Counted from the first letter of the stretch, positions 46,601 to 54,930 are shown. The stretch: 64,000 nucleotides of DNA from Candidatus Pyrohabitans sp. JdFR-17 (GCA_002011115.2 MTME02000068.1:606-64605); one strand, 5' to 3'. Made by a program: numbers and translations. The notes: a model not told the origin generated them from the sequence alone.

Positions 46601-46871
46601 GCTTTCTCACAATGCGGTGATCCTTCGCCTCCTCGAGTACTTCGCCAACAACCTCTTCACCCAGGCGGCGAATTTTATCAAAGCTCTCCAGGTAGCCCCC
46701 TGCTTCCTCCCTGGCGGCGCCAAGCAAACCACCAATCAAGTTCTTATCCTTTACCTTGCTTTGTGCGCTTAAATCTAACTCATTTTTTGGTGTCTCCCCC
46801 CCTAGTATACCTGCAATATCCTTACCTTTCTTCTTTCTTTTCTTCTCAAAGTCAAAGAAGTCATAAGGCAT
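43635..46871 (-). CDS. Tandem-fused double secretion ATPase (two complete TadA/CpaF/VirB11-like modules in one 1078-aa chain)
   Basis: Walker A GGTGSGKTT (aa 314-322) and GGSGSGKTT (aa 828-836). Both modules keep IEDTAEL, RMRPDRIIVGEVRG and G(C)xGTxHAN. The modules are offset by 514 aa. Confidence 0.85.
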   Translation of the reverse strand: MPYDFFDFEKKRKKKGKDIAGILGGETPKNELDLSAQSKVKDKNLIGGLLGAAREEAGGYLESFDKIRRLGEEVVGEVLEEAKDHRIVRKPGEKLPIYVVFLPELDEEDKKILKEIERRAVAEITIDPESFLDREKKREAFLKEVIALIDLRYPEIPKHKQSAFAELIVQNMIGYGLLEPLLNDDSLEEVMVVGTRKHVYVYHRKHGMCKTNIVFETDAEIEKIINRIARSIGRRVDLTSPLLDARLPDGSRVNATIPPVSLDGPSLTIRKFRKDPLTVVDIIKFGTMTTELAAFLWLVAEGYGVKPANFLVSGGTGSGKTTTLNCLGSFIPPSDRVISIEDTAELQLPIEHWIRLETRPPNVEGKGEINMEMLLKNTLRMRPDRIIVGEVRGAEARTLLAAMNTGQNGCLGTLHANTARETITRLTSAPMNVPKIMIPSLDFIFMQNRFSYRGKTVRRITEIAEVVGIENGEVKINIIYEWDPRDDTIKPTGVPCVLKSKIAELRGVPLKEVDAEIERRKRVLEYMVENNLRSIKDVGRIIREYYVNAERLLQEIAGIQKQEEEGKEEPRERKRIYLLLVGGEEEEAKEIVLDQNAHRKIVRVENEKNPRYLVPLPKLSSREKQLLEDIENRAVKEINIDPESIPDREERKRIFMQRVLEVIERYFPEVRLAKRKDIARLVVNNMVGYSLLEFLLNDDQLEEIMVIGTKKPVYVTHRDYGNCRTNLVFDTDEEIIRIIEKIAASVGRRIDKSSPLLDARLSDGSRVNATIPPISLDGPTITIRKFRSHPLTVVNLIEFRTLNIEVAAYLWLVVEGLGIKPGNVLAAGGSGSGKTTTLNVLCSFIPETERVITIEDTAELTLPVEHVVRLETRPPNVEGVGEVTMDDLVKNTLRMRPDRIIVGEVRGREARTLFTAMNTGHDGCMGTVHANSARETLIRLTNPPMEVPEIMLPALDLILMQNKIYHEGKTLRRITEVAEVVSDEHGKVSLNNVYEWDPKKDDLVPTGVPSVLKQKVARLKGISMKELEEELRRREKVLSWMVENHITDIREVSKTFNKYYSDPEGFIHELELHKSIGE

Positions 46872-47000
46872 GATATCCGCCTTAAAATAGTTTTCTAGCT
46901 CCGGGGTTATTTATAACTTACCCCCGCGAAGATAACGACTCCAATAATAAAGCCAAAAATATATAAGCGATGCTGGAAGAATTCTCAGTGGTGATCTCAC

Positions 47001-48224
47001 TTGGGACTGCCCACTTTGAATAGAGCAGGCCTAGCGAACAGGCGTGTTTTGATGCGTATCGATATAAACTCACCAATTGAGCCGAGTACCGGCACCATAC
47101 TCGACGACACCCGCATAAGGAGCCACATAGCTACGATAGAGGAGCTTTCAGAGTCGAAGCTTGTGCTGCTCGCCCACCAGAGCAGACCCGGCTTGGAGGA
47201 TTTTACAACGCTGGAGGCGCATTCCCACCGCCTGGCGGAGCTCCTTGGCAGGGAGGTACGCTACGTCGATGACGTATTCGGCAGAGCTGCAAGGGAGGAG
47301 ATATTCCGCCTCAGGCGCGGGGAGGTGCTGATGCTGGAGAATGTTCGCTTCTGCAGCGAGGAGGTCGCAGAGGAGGTTAAATCAAAACCCCCCGAAATTC
47401 AGGCAACAACAAACCTGGTGAGGAAGCTCTCCTCGTACGTGGAAGCTTATGTAAACGACGCCTTCGCTGTAGCGCACCGCTCTCAGCCCAGCGTCGTCGC
47501 CTTCCCCATGGTTCTGCCCAGCTATGCCGGGAAGCTCCTTGAAAGGGAGGTGGAGAATCTTACAAAAGTGTTGAAGAGCAACGATAAGCCAAAGGTATTC
47601 AGCTTTGGTGGAGCCAAGGCGAAGGATTCGCTTAAGGTAATGGAGAAGCTCCTGAGCAAAGGCATCGCCGACGTGGTGCTTACCTCAGGCATGGTGGCAA
47701 ATGTATTTCTCCTAGCGCAGGGGAAGGATATAGGTGAGGTCAATCTTCGCGCGATGAAGGAGAAGGGTTTCGACTCGCTTGTGGAGAAGGCCAAAAAGCT
47801 TCTGGAGAAGTATGGGGAGAAGATTCAGGTTCCAATAGACCTGGCTTTTAAGAGAGATGGCTCCCGAGCAGAGGCTAGCGTTGATGAGATGCCTAACCTG
47901 ATGATTATGGACATAGGCATTGACACCATTGCAAGGTACTCGAATATAATAGAAAACGCCGCAATAGTCGCCGCGAATGGGCCAGCTGGCGTCTTTGAGA
48001 TAAAGGAGTTCGCTCTGGGCAGCCAGGAGCTACTGAAAGCTATGTCAAGGTGCAGGGGATTTACAGTAATAGGTGGTGGACACCTCGCCGCCATAGCGGC
48101 GAAGCAGGGGCTGAGGGAAAAGATATCATTCATAAGCACTGGCGGCAAGGCGATGCTTCTCTTCTTAGCTGGAGAAAAGCTCCCTGGTATAGAAGTGCTC
48201 AGGGAAGCGAGGGGCTATGACTAG
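47001..48224 (+). CDS. pgk: Phosphoglycerate kinase
   Basis: 407 aa, archaeal PGK-like (RIDINSP, LAHQSRPG, NDAFAVAHR, GGGH). Confidence 0.85.
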   Translation: MGLPTLNRAGLANRRVLMRIDINSPIEPSTGTILDDTRIRSHIATIEELSESKLVLLAHQSRPGLEDFTTLEAHSHRLAELLGREVRYVDDVFGRAAREEIFRLRRGEVLMLENVRFCSEEVAEEVKSKPPEIQATTNLVRKLSSYVEAYVNDAFAVAHRSQPSVVAFPMVLPSYAGKLLEREVENLTKVLKSNDKPKVFSFGGAKAKDSLKVMEKLLSKGIADVVLTSGMVANVFLLAQGKDIGEVNLRAMKEKGFDSLVEKAKKLLEKYGEKIQVPIDLAFKRDGSRAEASVDEMPNLMIMDIGIDTIARYSNIIENAAIVAANGPAGVFEIKEFALGSQELLKAMSRCRGFTVIGGGHLAAIAAKQGLREKISFISTGGKAMLLFLAGEKLPGIEVLREARGYD

Positions 48225-48978
48225 GGTAATAGTCGTCGCCTCGGGTAAGGGTGGAGTGGGTAAAACCACGATAGCAGCCAACCTTGCGGTAGCGTTGAGC
48301 ATGTTCGGGAAGCGCGTTGCCGTGCTTGACGCTGACGTGGTTATGGCAAACCTGGAGATTATCCTGGGACTCAAAAACCCGCCGGTAGCGCTCATAGATG
48401 TGCTGAAGGGCAGACTCGAAATCAGCGATGTGATGTACGAAGGTCCTGAAGGTGTGAAGATAATCCCCGCTGGAATTACCCTAGATGGATTCAATGAGGA
48501 GAACATGGAGATGCTCAAGGCAGCGCTGCGGGAGATACCCAAGGACATAGAAATACTGGTGATAGACGCCCCCGCGGGTAGAGACGCAGCCATGGTCATG
48601 GACGAAGGACAGGAGGTCATAATAGTAACCACGCCTCAAGTCTCGAGTGTCTCCGACGCGCTGAAGATGAAGCTCCTCGCCGAGCGCATGGGAGCGGTGA
48701 CTATAGGGGCGATAATGAACATGGTGGAGGGAAAGGCGAGAGAGCTGAGTGTGCAGGAGATTGAGAACACCCTAGATACAAATGTTATAGCAATTGTGCC
48801 TGAGGACGAAGTGGTAAAGGAGGCTCTCGCCTATGAGGAGCCCTTTGTGCTCAGACATCCCTACTCTGAGCCGACGAGGGAGATAATGAAGCTTGCAGCT
48901 CAGCTGATAGGCAGAAACTACTCGCCTCCGCCGCCTTCATTGCTTGAAAGAATAATAAACTTCCTGAGAAGGCGTTAG
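48217..48978 (+). CDS. MinD/ParA-family ATPase (archaeal MinD-like)
   Basis: Deviant Walker [12 protein letters not shown]-terminal amphipathic tail [12 protein letters not shown]. Confidence 0.8.
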   Translation: MTRVIVVASGKGGVGKTTIAANLAVALSMFGKRVAVLDADVVMANLEIILGLKNPPVALIDVLKGRLEISDVMYEGPEGVKIIPAGITLDGFNEENMEMLKAALREIPKDIEILVIDAPAGRDAAMVMDEGQEVIIVTTPQVSSVSDALKMKLLAERMGAVTIGAIMNMVEGKARELSVQEIENTLDTNVIAIVPEDEVVKEALAYEEPFVLRHPYSEPTREIMKLAAQLIGRNYSPPPPSLLERIINFLRRR

Positions 48979-49160
48979 TCCCGCTCTTTTATCTTTTGCA
49001 GCCTGCTCTTTAATTTGTCAAGCTCCTCCTGTGATAGCTGCACCCCTCCTCTAATCTCATTGATCTCCTCACGGAGGTACTTTATCCTGAAGAGGAGCAA
49101 CACATTGAATATGACGCTTATAAAAAGGAGAATGTAGATTATGAGATAAATGCTCATCAA
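48975..49160 (-). CDS. Small TM plus coiled-coil protein
   Basis: 61 aa. 4-nt overlap with the upstream MinD-like gene on the same strand. Confidence 0.4.
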   Translation of the reverse strand: MMSIYLIIYILLFISVIFNVLLLFRIKYLREEINEIRGGVQLSQEELDKLKSRLQKIKERD

Positions 49161-49936
49161 GCACCCCCAAATAGACCATTTATCAGACGTTTCATGAAAC
49201 TCCCTTTCTTTGGAGTTGGAGGTACGTACTTCTCTCCAATCAGATCTGCTGCCAGCTTTTTGACAGCAACCGACGCAGGCGAGTCAGGTCTCCGGAGTAT
49301 TACCGGCTGACCATATGCGGTGCTTCTTCTCACCTCCGGGTCTTCAGGAATTGCAGCAAGAACTCGGGTCTCGAGTATCACCTCTACCTCCTGGATTGTG
49401 AGGTCACTCTTGTCAAAGCCTACGCGGTTGAGCACCGCGCCAAGGATATTACATCCAAGCTTTTTCGCAACTATCCTCGTTTTTAGCGCATCGCTCATCG
49501 AGGATATCTCGGGGTTGGCGACCAGTAGAAGCTGCTCCCCTGCAGCGAGGGCAGCGACAACAGGTTTGCCAAGCCCTGCGGGTGCATCTATGAGCAGTAT
49601 TTCTGTTTCCCCGAGTAAGCGGGTGAGCACTGCCTCAAGCTTCTCTGGGTCAGCCTTGCGGAGACCGTCCAGACTAATTCCAGCAGGCACCACCTTTACA
49701 CCAGCTGGGCCCTCATAAATAGCCTGCAAAACATCAGCTTCGCCGGCGAGTACATCGTGCAGAGTGACATTCATTCCCTCCATGCCAAGATGAAGCTCAA
49801 GATTTGCCATCTCTATGTCGGCGTCGAGTATTGTAACGTTCCTGCCGAACTGAGCAAGGGCGATACCGAGGTTGCTCGCCAGCATTGTCTTTCCTACGCC
49901 GCCTTTTCCTGAAGCTATGGTTATAGAAACTCCCAT
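49157..49936 (-). CDS. MinD/ParA-family ATPase (archaeal MinD-like)
   Basis: [11 protein letters not shown]-terminal [17 protein letters not shown] resembles the bacterial MinD membrane-targeting helix. Confidence 0.8.
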   Translation of the reverse strand: MGVSITIASGKGGVGKTMLASNLGIALAQFGRNVTILDADIEMANLELHLGMEGMNVTLHDVLAGEADVLQAIYEGPAGVKVVPAGISLDGLRKADPEKLEAVLTRLLGETEILLIDAPAGLGKPVVAALAAGEQLLLVANPEISSMSDALKTRIVAKKLGCNILGAVLNRVGFDKSDLTIQEVEVILETRVLAAIPEDPEVRRSTAYGQPVILRRPDSPASVAVKKLAADLIGEKYVPPTPKKGSFMKRLINGLFGGA

Positions 49937-50006
49937 ATAGGCATCAACCTTCTTAAATATTCCTTATTATTGCACACATTTAAAAGTTTCCCCCTAAATT
50001 TTACAC

Positions 50007-50870
50007 CTACTTCAAAACCTGGCGAAGCAATTCAGGTATCTCCTGAGGCAGGCGCGCTACTCTGGCACCACTCTTCTCCAGAGCCCTTATTTTACCCTCC
50101 GCTGTGCCCTTGCCACGAGAGATTATAGCCCCTGCATGCCCCATGCGCTTCCCTGGTGGAGCGGTTAATCCTGCGACATAGCCCACGACTGGCTTGCTCA
50201 TGGTGGTTATAAACTCCGCAGCACGTTCCTCAGCATCACCACCTATCTCGCCTATGAGCACGACGGCGCTGGTTTCATCGTCGCTTTCGAACATCTCGAG
50301 CACCTCCACAAAGCTGGTGCCCACTACAGGGTCGCCGCCTATGCCCACGAGGGTGCTCTCACCAAAGCCTGCTTCGGTTATGGCGAGGGCTATTTCGTAA
50401 GCCAAGGTACCACTGCGGGAGACCACGCCTACTCTGCCAGGAGCGAACACCTGCGCAGGCATTATACCAAGCTTGCTTTTGTCGGGAGAAATTATTCCGG
50501 CGGTGTTGGGTCCGATAACTCTACAATCTTGGCGCTCGGCAAAGGCTTTTATCTTCATTGAGTCGTGCACAGGTATGCCCTCAGTAATTATCACCACAAG
50601 CTCCAGGTTTTCAATCGCCTCAAGCGCGGCATCTAAAGCGAAAGGCGCGGGAACGAAGATTATTGAAGCGTTGGCATCATGCTCGCGAAGCGCCTCTCTC
50701 ACGGAGTTGTATACAGGAATGCCGTGTACCTCGCTGCCCCCTTTGCCAGGGGTTACCCCAGCGACAATGCGGGTGCCGTATTCCAGCATCAGTTTTGTGT
50801 GAAAGCTTCCCTGCGAACCAGTGATGCCCTGCACTATTGCACGGGTGTTTTCATCGATGAGTATGCTCAC
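50007..50870 (-). CDS. sucD: Succinyl-CoA synthetase alpha subunit
   Basis: [16 protein letters not shown], and the phosphohistidine loop MGHAGAI. GTG start. Confidence 0.9.
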   Translation of the reverse strand: MSILIDENTRAIVQGITGSQGSFHTKLMLEYGTRIVAGVTPGKGGSEVHGIPVYNSVREALREHDANASIIFVPAPFALDAALEAIENLELVVIITEGIPVHDSMKIKAFAERQDCRVIGPNTAGIISPDKSKLGIMPAQVFAPGRVGVVSRSGTLAYEIALAITEAGFGESTLVGIGGDPVVGTSFVEVLEMFESDDETSAVVLIGEIGGDAEERAAEFITTMSKPVVGYVAGLTAPPGKRMGHAGAIISRGKGTAEGKIRALEKSGARVARLPQEIPELLRQVLK

Positions 50871-51955
50871 CTTGCTGCCTCCTTGCTCTTCTCAATCGCC
50901 AGCTTTGCGGCGGCGATCATATCCCTCTCAACCTCTATTCCAGCGTCGCGGAGCAGCGCTATGCCTTCCTCTTCGTTTGTTCCGCGGAAGCGCACCACGA
51001 GGGGTGGGCTAATGCCCTGCCTTGCTGCAAGAATGCCTCTCGCAATCTCGTCACACCTAGTGATGCCGCCTAGGATGTTTATGAATATCACCCTAACCTT
51101 GGGGTGTGCCGCCACCTTCAGCAAAGCTTCCCGCATTACATCGCTACCTGCCCCACCTCCTATGTCCAGGAAGTTTGCCGGCTCTCCCCCGAGGTGCTTG
51201 AGGGTGTCCATTGTGGACATCGCCAGACCTGCACCGTTCACTATGCACCCAATGCTCCCGTCGAGCTCCACGTAGGGCAGCCCTCTAGTTTTGACCTCAA
51301 AATCCTGCCTGAAGAGCGCATCCTCATCTATAACAATCTTGGCATCTGCCGCAAACACACCTTCATCGGCTATAACCAGGGGATTAATCTCCGCCAGCTG
51401 AGCGTCTTTCTCAGAAAAGACACGGTAGAGCTTTAGAAGCACATCGCTTACCTTCTTAAAGCTCTCCGAGTCCAATCCAAGCCCTGAAGCGAGTTCGCGA
51501 GCCATGTACGGATAAAAGCCAACAAATGGATCAATGTAGCGGGTGAATATCTTCTCCGGCGAGCGCTCCGCTACCTCCTCTATGTCCACGCCTCCCTCGC
51601 CGCTCACCATGAATATAGGCTTGCCCTCTGCCCTGTCGACGGTTATCCCCGCGTATATCTCCCTGCGGATGCTCAGCTTCTGCTCCACCAGCACCTTTTC
51701 AACCTTGAAGCCCTTGAGCTTCATGGAGAGCAGCTCTTTAGCTACGCTCTCAGCCTCTCCAGGCGAGGACGCAAACTTTACCCCGCCCGCCTTGCCTCTT
51801 CCACCTGCAAGCACCTGAGCTTTGAGTACCACGCTTGTGCCCAGCTTCTCCGCTATCCTCCTGGCTTCCTCTGGCGAGGAGGCGACCTCGCCGCGGGGCA
51901 CGGGTATGCCATAGCGCGCAAAAATTTCCTTTCCCTGATACTCATAGAGGTTCAT
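50867..51955 (-). CDS. sucC: Succinyl-CoA synthetase beta subunit
   Basis: The true N-terminus is [20 protein letters not shown] (residue 164 of the 525-aa track ORF). Start coordinate derived from the frame. Confidence 0.85.
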   Translation of the reverse strand: MNLYEYQGKEIFARYGIPVPRGEVASSPEEARRIAEKLGTSVVLKAQVLAGGRGKAGGVKFASSPGEAESVAKELLSMKLKGFKVEKVLVEQKLSIRREIYAGITVDRAEGKPIFMVSGEGGVDIEEVAERSPEKIFTRYIDPFVGFYPYMARELASGLGLDSESFKKVSDVLLKLYRVFSEKDAQLAEINPLVIADEGVFAADAKIVIDEDALFRQDFEVKTRGLPYVELDGSIGCIVNGAGLAMSTMDTLKHLGGEPANFLDIGGGAGSDVMREALLKVAAHPKVRVIFINILGGITRCDEIARGILAARQGISPPLVVRFRGTNEEEGIALLRDAGIEVERDMIAAAKLAIEKSKEAAR

Positions 51956-52042
51956 AGCGCAGCCTCGCTCATAGTAATCGCAAATGAGATATAAAAATAT
52001 TCTCCGATAGTTTTTATATCTTGAGGGGGAAAGTAAAGAGGG

Positions 52043-52579
52043 ATGAGGAACTCTCGTGGAAGCTGGGAGGCTGCAAGGCTCTACTCTGGGCAGCGCGTGG
52101 GCGTTTTTGTGGATGTACAGAACCTGTACTACTCCGCGAGAGCCCTGTACAGCTCCAAGGTAAACTTCAAGGAAATTCTTAAGGAGGCAGTGCGGGGGAG
52201 GAGTCTTATAAGGGCGATAGCCTACGTGATTCGCGCTGGCATAGAGGAGGAGCAGAGCTTTTTCGATGTGCTCCAGGGCATGGGCTTCGAGGTTAAGGCT
52301 AAGGACCTGCAGGTGTTCCCGGGAGGCCATAAAAAGGGCGATTGGGACATAGGCATAGCCATGGATGCAATAGAGCTTGCTCCGAAGCTGGACGTCGTCG
52401 TACTGGTGAGTGGCGATGGAGACTTTACTCCTCTGGTGGAGCACCTGCGACGCGCCTTAGGGTGCCGGGTGGAGGTCATGGCTTTTGGCAGGAGCTGCTC
52501 CTCCAAGCTGATTCAGGCGGCGGACGAGTTTATTGATTTAGACCGCGAGCCCGAGAGGTTTCTGCTGGGGAAGCCGTGA
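52043..52579 (+). CDS. NYN/LabA-like (PIN-like) domain protein
   Basis: VGVFVDVQNLYYS...DIGIAMDAIE...VVLVSGDGDFTPLVEHLRR. Confidence 0.7.
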   Translation: MRNSRGSWEAARLYSGQRVGVFVDVQNLYYSARALYSSKVNFKEILKEAVRGRSLIRAIAYVIRAGIEEEQSFFDVLQGMGFEVKAKDLQVFPGGHKKGDWDIGIAMDAIELAPKLDVVVLVSGDGDFTPLVEHLRRALGCRVEVMAFGRSCSSKLIQAADEFIDLDREPERFLLGKP

Positions 52580-52621
52580 AAAGCGAGAAACCTTTATATC
52601 ATTACGCAAAGAGTATCCCTC

Positions 52622-54175
52622 ATGCGCCTGTGGAACAGCAAAAAGATCGCGAAGCTTGCCAGAAAGGACTTTGAAAAAGCGTGGGAAGAGACGGCGAATC
52701 TTATTCCCCAGCAAGGGGTGGGCGCCAGCTACAAAGGCGTTGCCAGGGGCAGGTCTCACATCCTCTTCGAGACAATTCAAAAGCTGCGCGAAGCTTATCT
52801 AAGCCTCGGTTTTGAGGAGGTGGTCAATCCTATATTCATTGAAGATAAAGAGGTTAAGCGCCAGTTTGGGCCTGAGGCTCTCGCTGTGCTCGACCGCTGC
52901 TTTTACCTCGCCGGCTTACCCCGCCCTGACGTGGGGCTTAGCGAGGAGAAGCTTTCAAAGCTCCGCTCGCTTGGGGTTGAGGTGGAGGATAAGGAGAAGC
53001 TTCAGCAGCTGCTGCACGGCTACAAGAAGGGCGAGTTCGGGGGAGACGATTTAATATACAAGCTCTCTGAAGCGCTGAACATAGACGACGCCCTTGCCAT
53101 TAAGGTTCTGGATGAGGTTTTCCCGGAGTTTAAGGAGCTCAAACCAGAGGCGACGACGCTCACGCTGCGCAGCCACATGACCAGCGGGTGGTTTTTAACC
53201 CTCGCCTCGCTTTACGGGAAACGAAAGCTACCCCTGAAGCTTTTCTCCATCGACAGGTGTTTCCGCAGGGAGCAACAGGAGGATAAGACGCACCTGAGGA
53301 GCCACTTCTCTGCAAGCTGCGTGGTTATGGGCGAGAAGGTGAGCGTCGACGACGGTAAAGCCGTGGCAAGGGCTCTGCTCTCTCGCTTCGGATTTACGCG
53401 CTTCGAGTTTCGTCCCGACGAGAAGCGCTCAAAGTACTACACCCCGGGTACGCAGACAGAGGTGTACGCTTACCACCCCAAGGTGGGCTGGGTGGAGATA
53501 GCCACCTTCGGCATCTACTCGCCAGTGGCGCTTTCCCGCTACAAGATAGAAGTTCCTGTGATGAATTTAGGAATGGGTGTGGAGCGCCTAGCCATGGTTC
53601 TCTCAGGTAGCGAAGATGTCCGCGAGCTGGTGTATCCCCAGTTCTACGCAGAGTGGCACCTGAGCGATGAAGAGATTGCGGAGATGATTTACGTAAAGCG
53701 TACGCCGGAGAGCGAGGAAGGGGAAAAACTTGCGAAGGCAATCGCCATGATAGCGCGGGAGAAGGCAGCCTCGCCATCGCCGTGCGAATTCATCGCCTAT
53801 GAAGGCGAGTTGCTGGGCAGGTATGTCAAGGTGAAGCTGGTGGAACGAGAGGAGAACACGAAGCTCCTCGGTCCTGCAGCGCTTAACAAGGTGGTTGTAG
53901 CCGAGGGAAATATACTGGGAGTGCCTCCTGAGGAGGAAAAGGGCGTGGAGAGGATAACCTATTTGCAAGCAATTGCTCTTCTCGCGGCTGCGAAGATTGA
54001 AGAGGCGGCGAAGGCGGGAAAGCGTGAAGCAAGGATGCGCGTGGGGATGGCAAAGAGCCTAGGGGACATAAACCTAACTCTGGACGAAGTCGCCAGGCGG
54101 TACATCACCTCAAAGGAAAAGCGCATCGAGGTGGGCGGACCAGTGTTCATGACCATAGAGGCGAGCTTTGAGTAG
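52622..54175 (+). CDS. sepS: O-phosphoserine--tRNA(Cys) ligase (SepRS)
   Basis: Long collinear matches to SepRS as I recall it: FGPEALAVLDRCFYLAGLPRPDVGL, LTLRSHMTSGWF, KLPLKLFSIDRCFRREQ, KYYTPGTQTEVYAYHPK, VPVMNLGMGVERLAM. Confidence 0.9.
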   Translation: MRLWNSKKIAKLARKDFEKAWEETANLIPQQGVGASYKGVARGRSHILFETIQKLREAYLSLGFEEVVNPIFIEDKEVKRQFGPEALAVLDRCFYLAGLPRPDVGLSEEKLSKLRSLGVEVEDKEKLQQLLHGYKKGEFGGDDLIYKLSEALNIDDALAIKVLDEVFPEFKELKPEATTLTLRSHMTSGWFLTLASLYGKRKLPLKLFSIDRCFRREQQEDKTHLRSHFSASCVVMGEKVSVDDGKAVARALLSRFGFTRFEFRPDEKRSKYYTPGTQTEVYAYHPKVGWVEIATFGIYSPVALSRYKIEVPVMNLGMGVERLAMVLSGSEDVRELVYPQFYAEWHLSDEEIAEMIYVKRTPESEEGEKLAKAIAMIAREKAASPSPCEFIAYEGELLGRYVKVKLVEREENTKLLGPAALNKVVVAEGNILGVPPEEEKGVERITYLQAIALLAAAKIEEAAKAGKREARMRVGMAKSLGDINLTLDEVARRYITSKEKRIEVGGPVFMTIEASFE

Positions 54176-54230
54176 TGTTACCCAATTCCGGTGAAGTGGT
54201 TATAACCGCCCACCTGGCTTTTGCCAAGCG

Positions 54231-54356
54231 GCGCCCTTCTCTGGGTTCGGATGGGGTAATAGGGGGGGCACGGCGCCTCCTATATCGGCACGGAAGGGGT
54301 GATAGGGGTTACCCGGAACAAAGTTCCGGGTGACGAAGTGGGAAGGCTCCCCTATG
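54231..54356 (+). repeat. Structured hairpin repeat, copy B (short unit then long unit)
   Basis: 54291-54347 is near-identical to 21011-21068. 54248-54286 is related to 21082-21120. The shared leader is GCGGCGCCCT...GGTTCGGA. Confidence 0.7.
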
Positions 54357-54512
54357 GTTCCTATCTAGATGACGCTTGAATCTATGGTGGCAGGAGGTCT
54401 CGCAACTCTCTGCGAGAGTTGCTTCGACTTCCCTCGCATACGCTCGGGAAGTAATAGGAACCCGCTGGTGGTTCCTATCATTTTGACTCGTTAAGCTTCT
54501 TTTAAATATCCT

Positions 54513-54827
54513 GCGGGCTAGGCCGGGGGGTTCGGCGTCCCCTGTAACCTGAAATCGTCGATATGCAGGGGCCGAAGCTCCGGGGGCGGAGCGCTCAACC
54601 CCGCGTTTCAGCCCGCGGCACGGTGATGAAGCGTCGTCCCGTAGGACCGGTGGTTCCCCAGCGTGTCTCGGAGGAGACACGCCAAGGGGATTTGCCCGCT
54701 GAACCCCGTCAGGCTCGGAAGAGAGCAGCGGTAGGCGGGACATGCGGTGCTTACGGGGGTGCGGCGCCAAGCTTGTGCCGCGGTCAACTGGCGCGGGGAA
54801 GAGGTTCCCACCCCGGAGCGTGCCCGC
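54513..54827 (+). ncRNA. ffs: Signal recognition particle RNA (archaeal 7S RNA)
   Basis: 5' GCGGGCUAGGCCGGGGGGUUCGGCGUCCCCUGUAACC. Domain IV motif CCCGUCAGGCUCGGAAGAGAGCAGCGGUAGGCGGGAC. 3' GCCCGC pairs with 5' GCGGGC. Followed by T5. Confidence 0.85.
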
Positions 54828-54832
54828 TTTTT
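54828..54832 (+). terminator. Oligo-T terminator of SRP RNA
   Basis: TTTTT directly after the closing helix. Confidence 0.5.
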
Positions 54833-54930
54833 ATTAATGTGGTAACAACTAAATAAAATTATTTTAAGCAATTTAAAATTAAATTAAAAACAAGATTTAT
54901 AAAAAATGAGAAACATAAAAGATTAATTAT

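Noticed and set aside
51956-52444. 163-codon N-terminal extension of the sucC track ORF
   Set aside because: The canonical SucC N-terminus [12 protein letters not shown] starts at residue 164. The extension has no homology-like features and would overlap the divergent NYN gene and its promoter region.
54501-54509. TTTAAATAT as the SRP RNA TATA box
   Set aside because: It lies only about 5-10 nt upstream of the inferred mature 5' end (54513), whereas archaeal TATA boxes centre near -26. Either the RNA is processed from a longer precursor or this AT tract is not the promoter, so I did not call it.
54309-54871. Protein ORFs across the SRP RNA region (54309..54770 minus, 54563..54856 plus, 54608..54871 minus)
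   Set aside because: The region folds and reads as an archaeal SRP RNA with the conserved domain IV motif. The translations are Arg/Pro/Gly-rich, as expected for GC-rich structured RNA.
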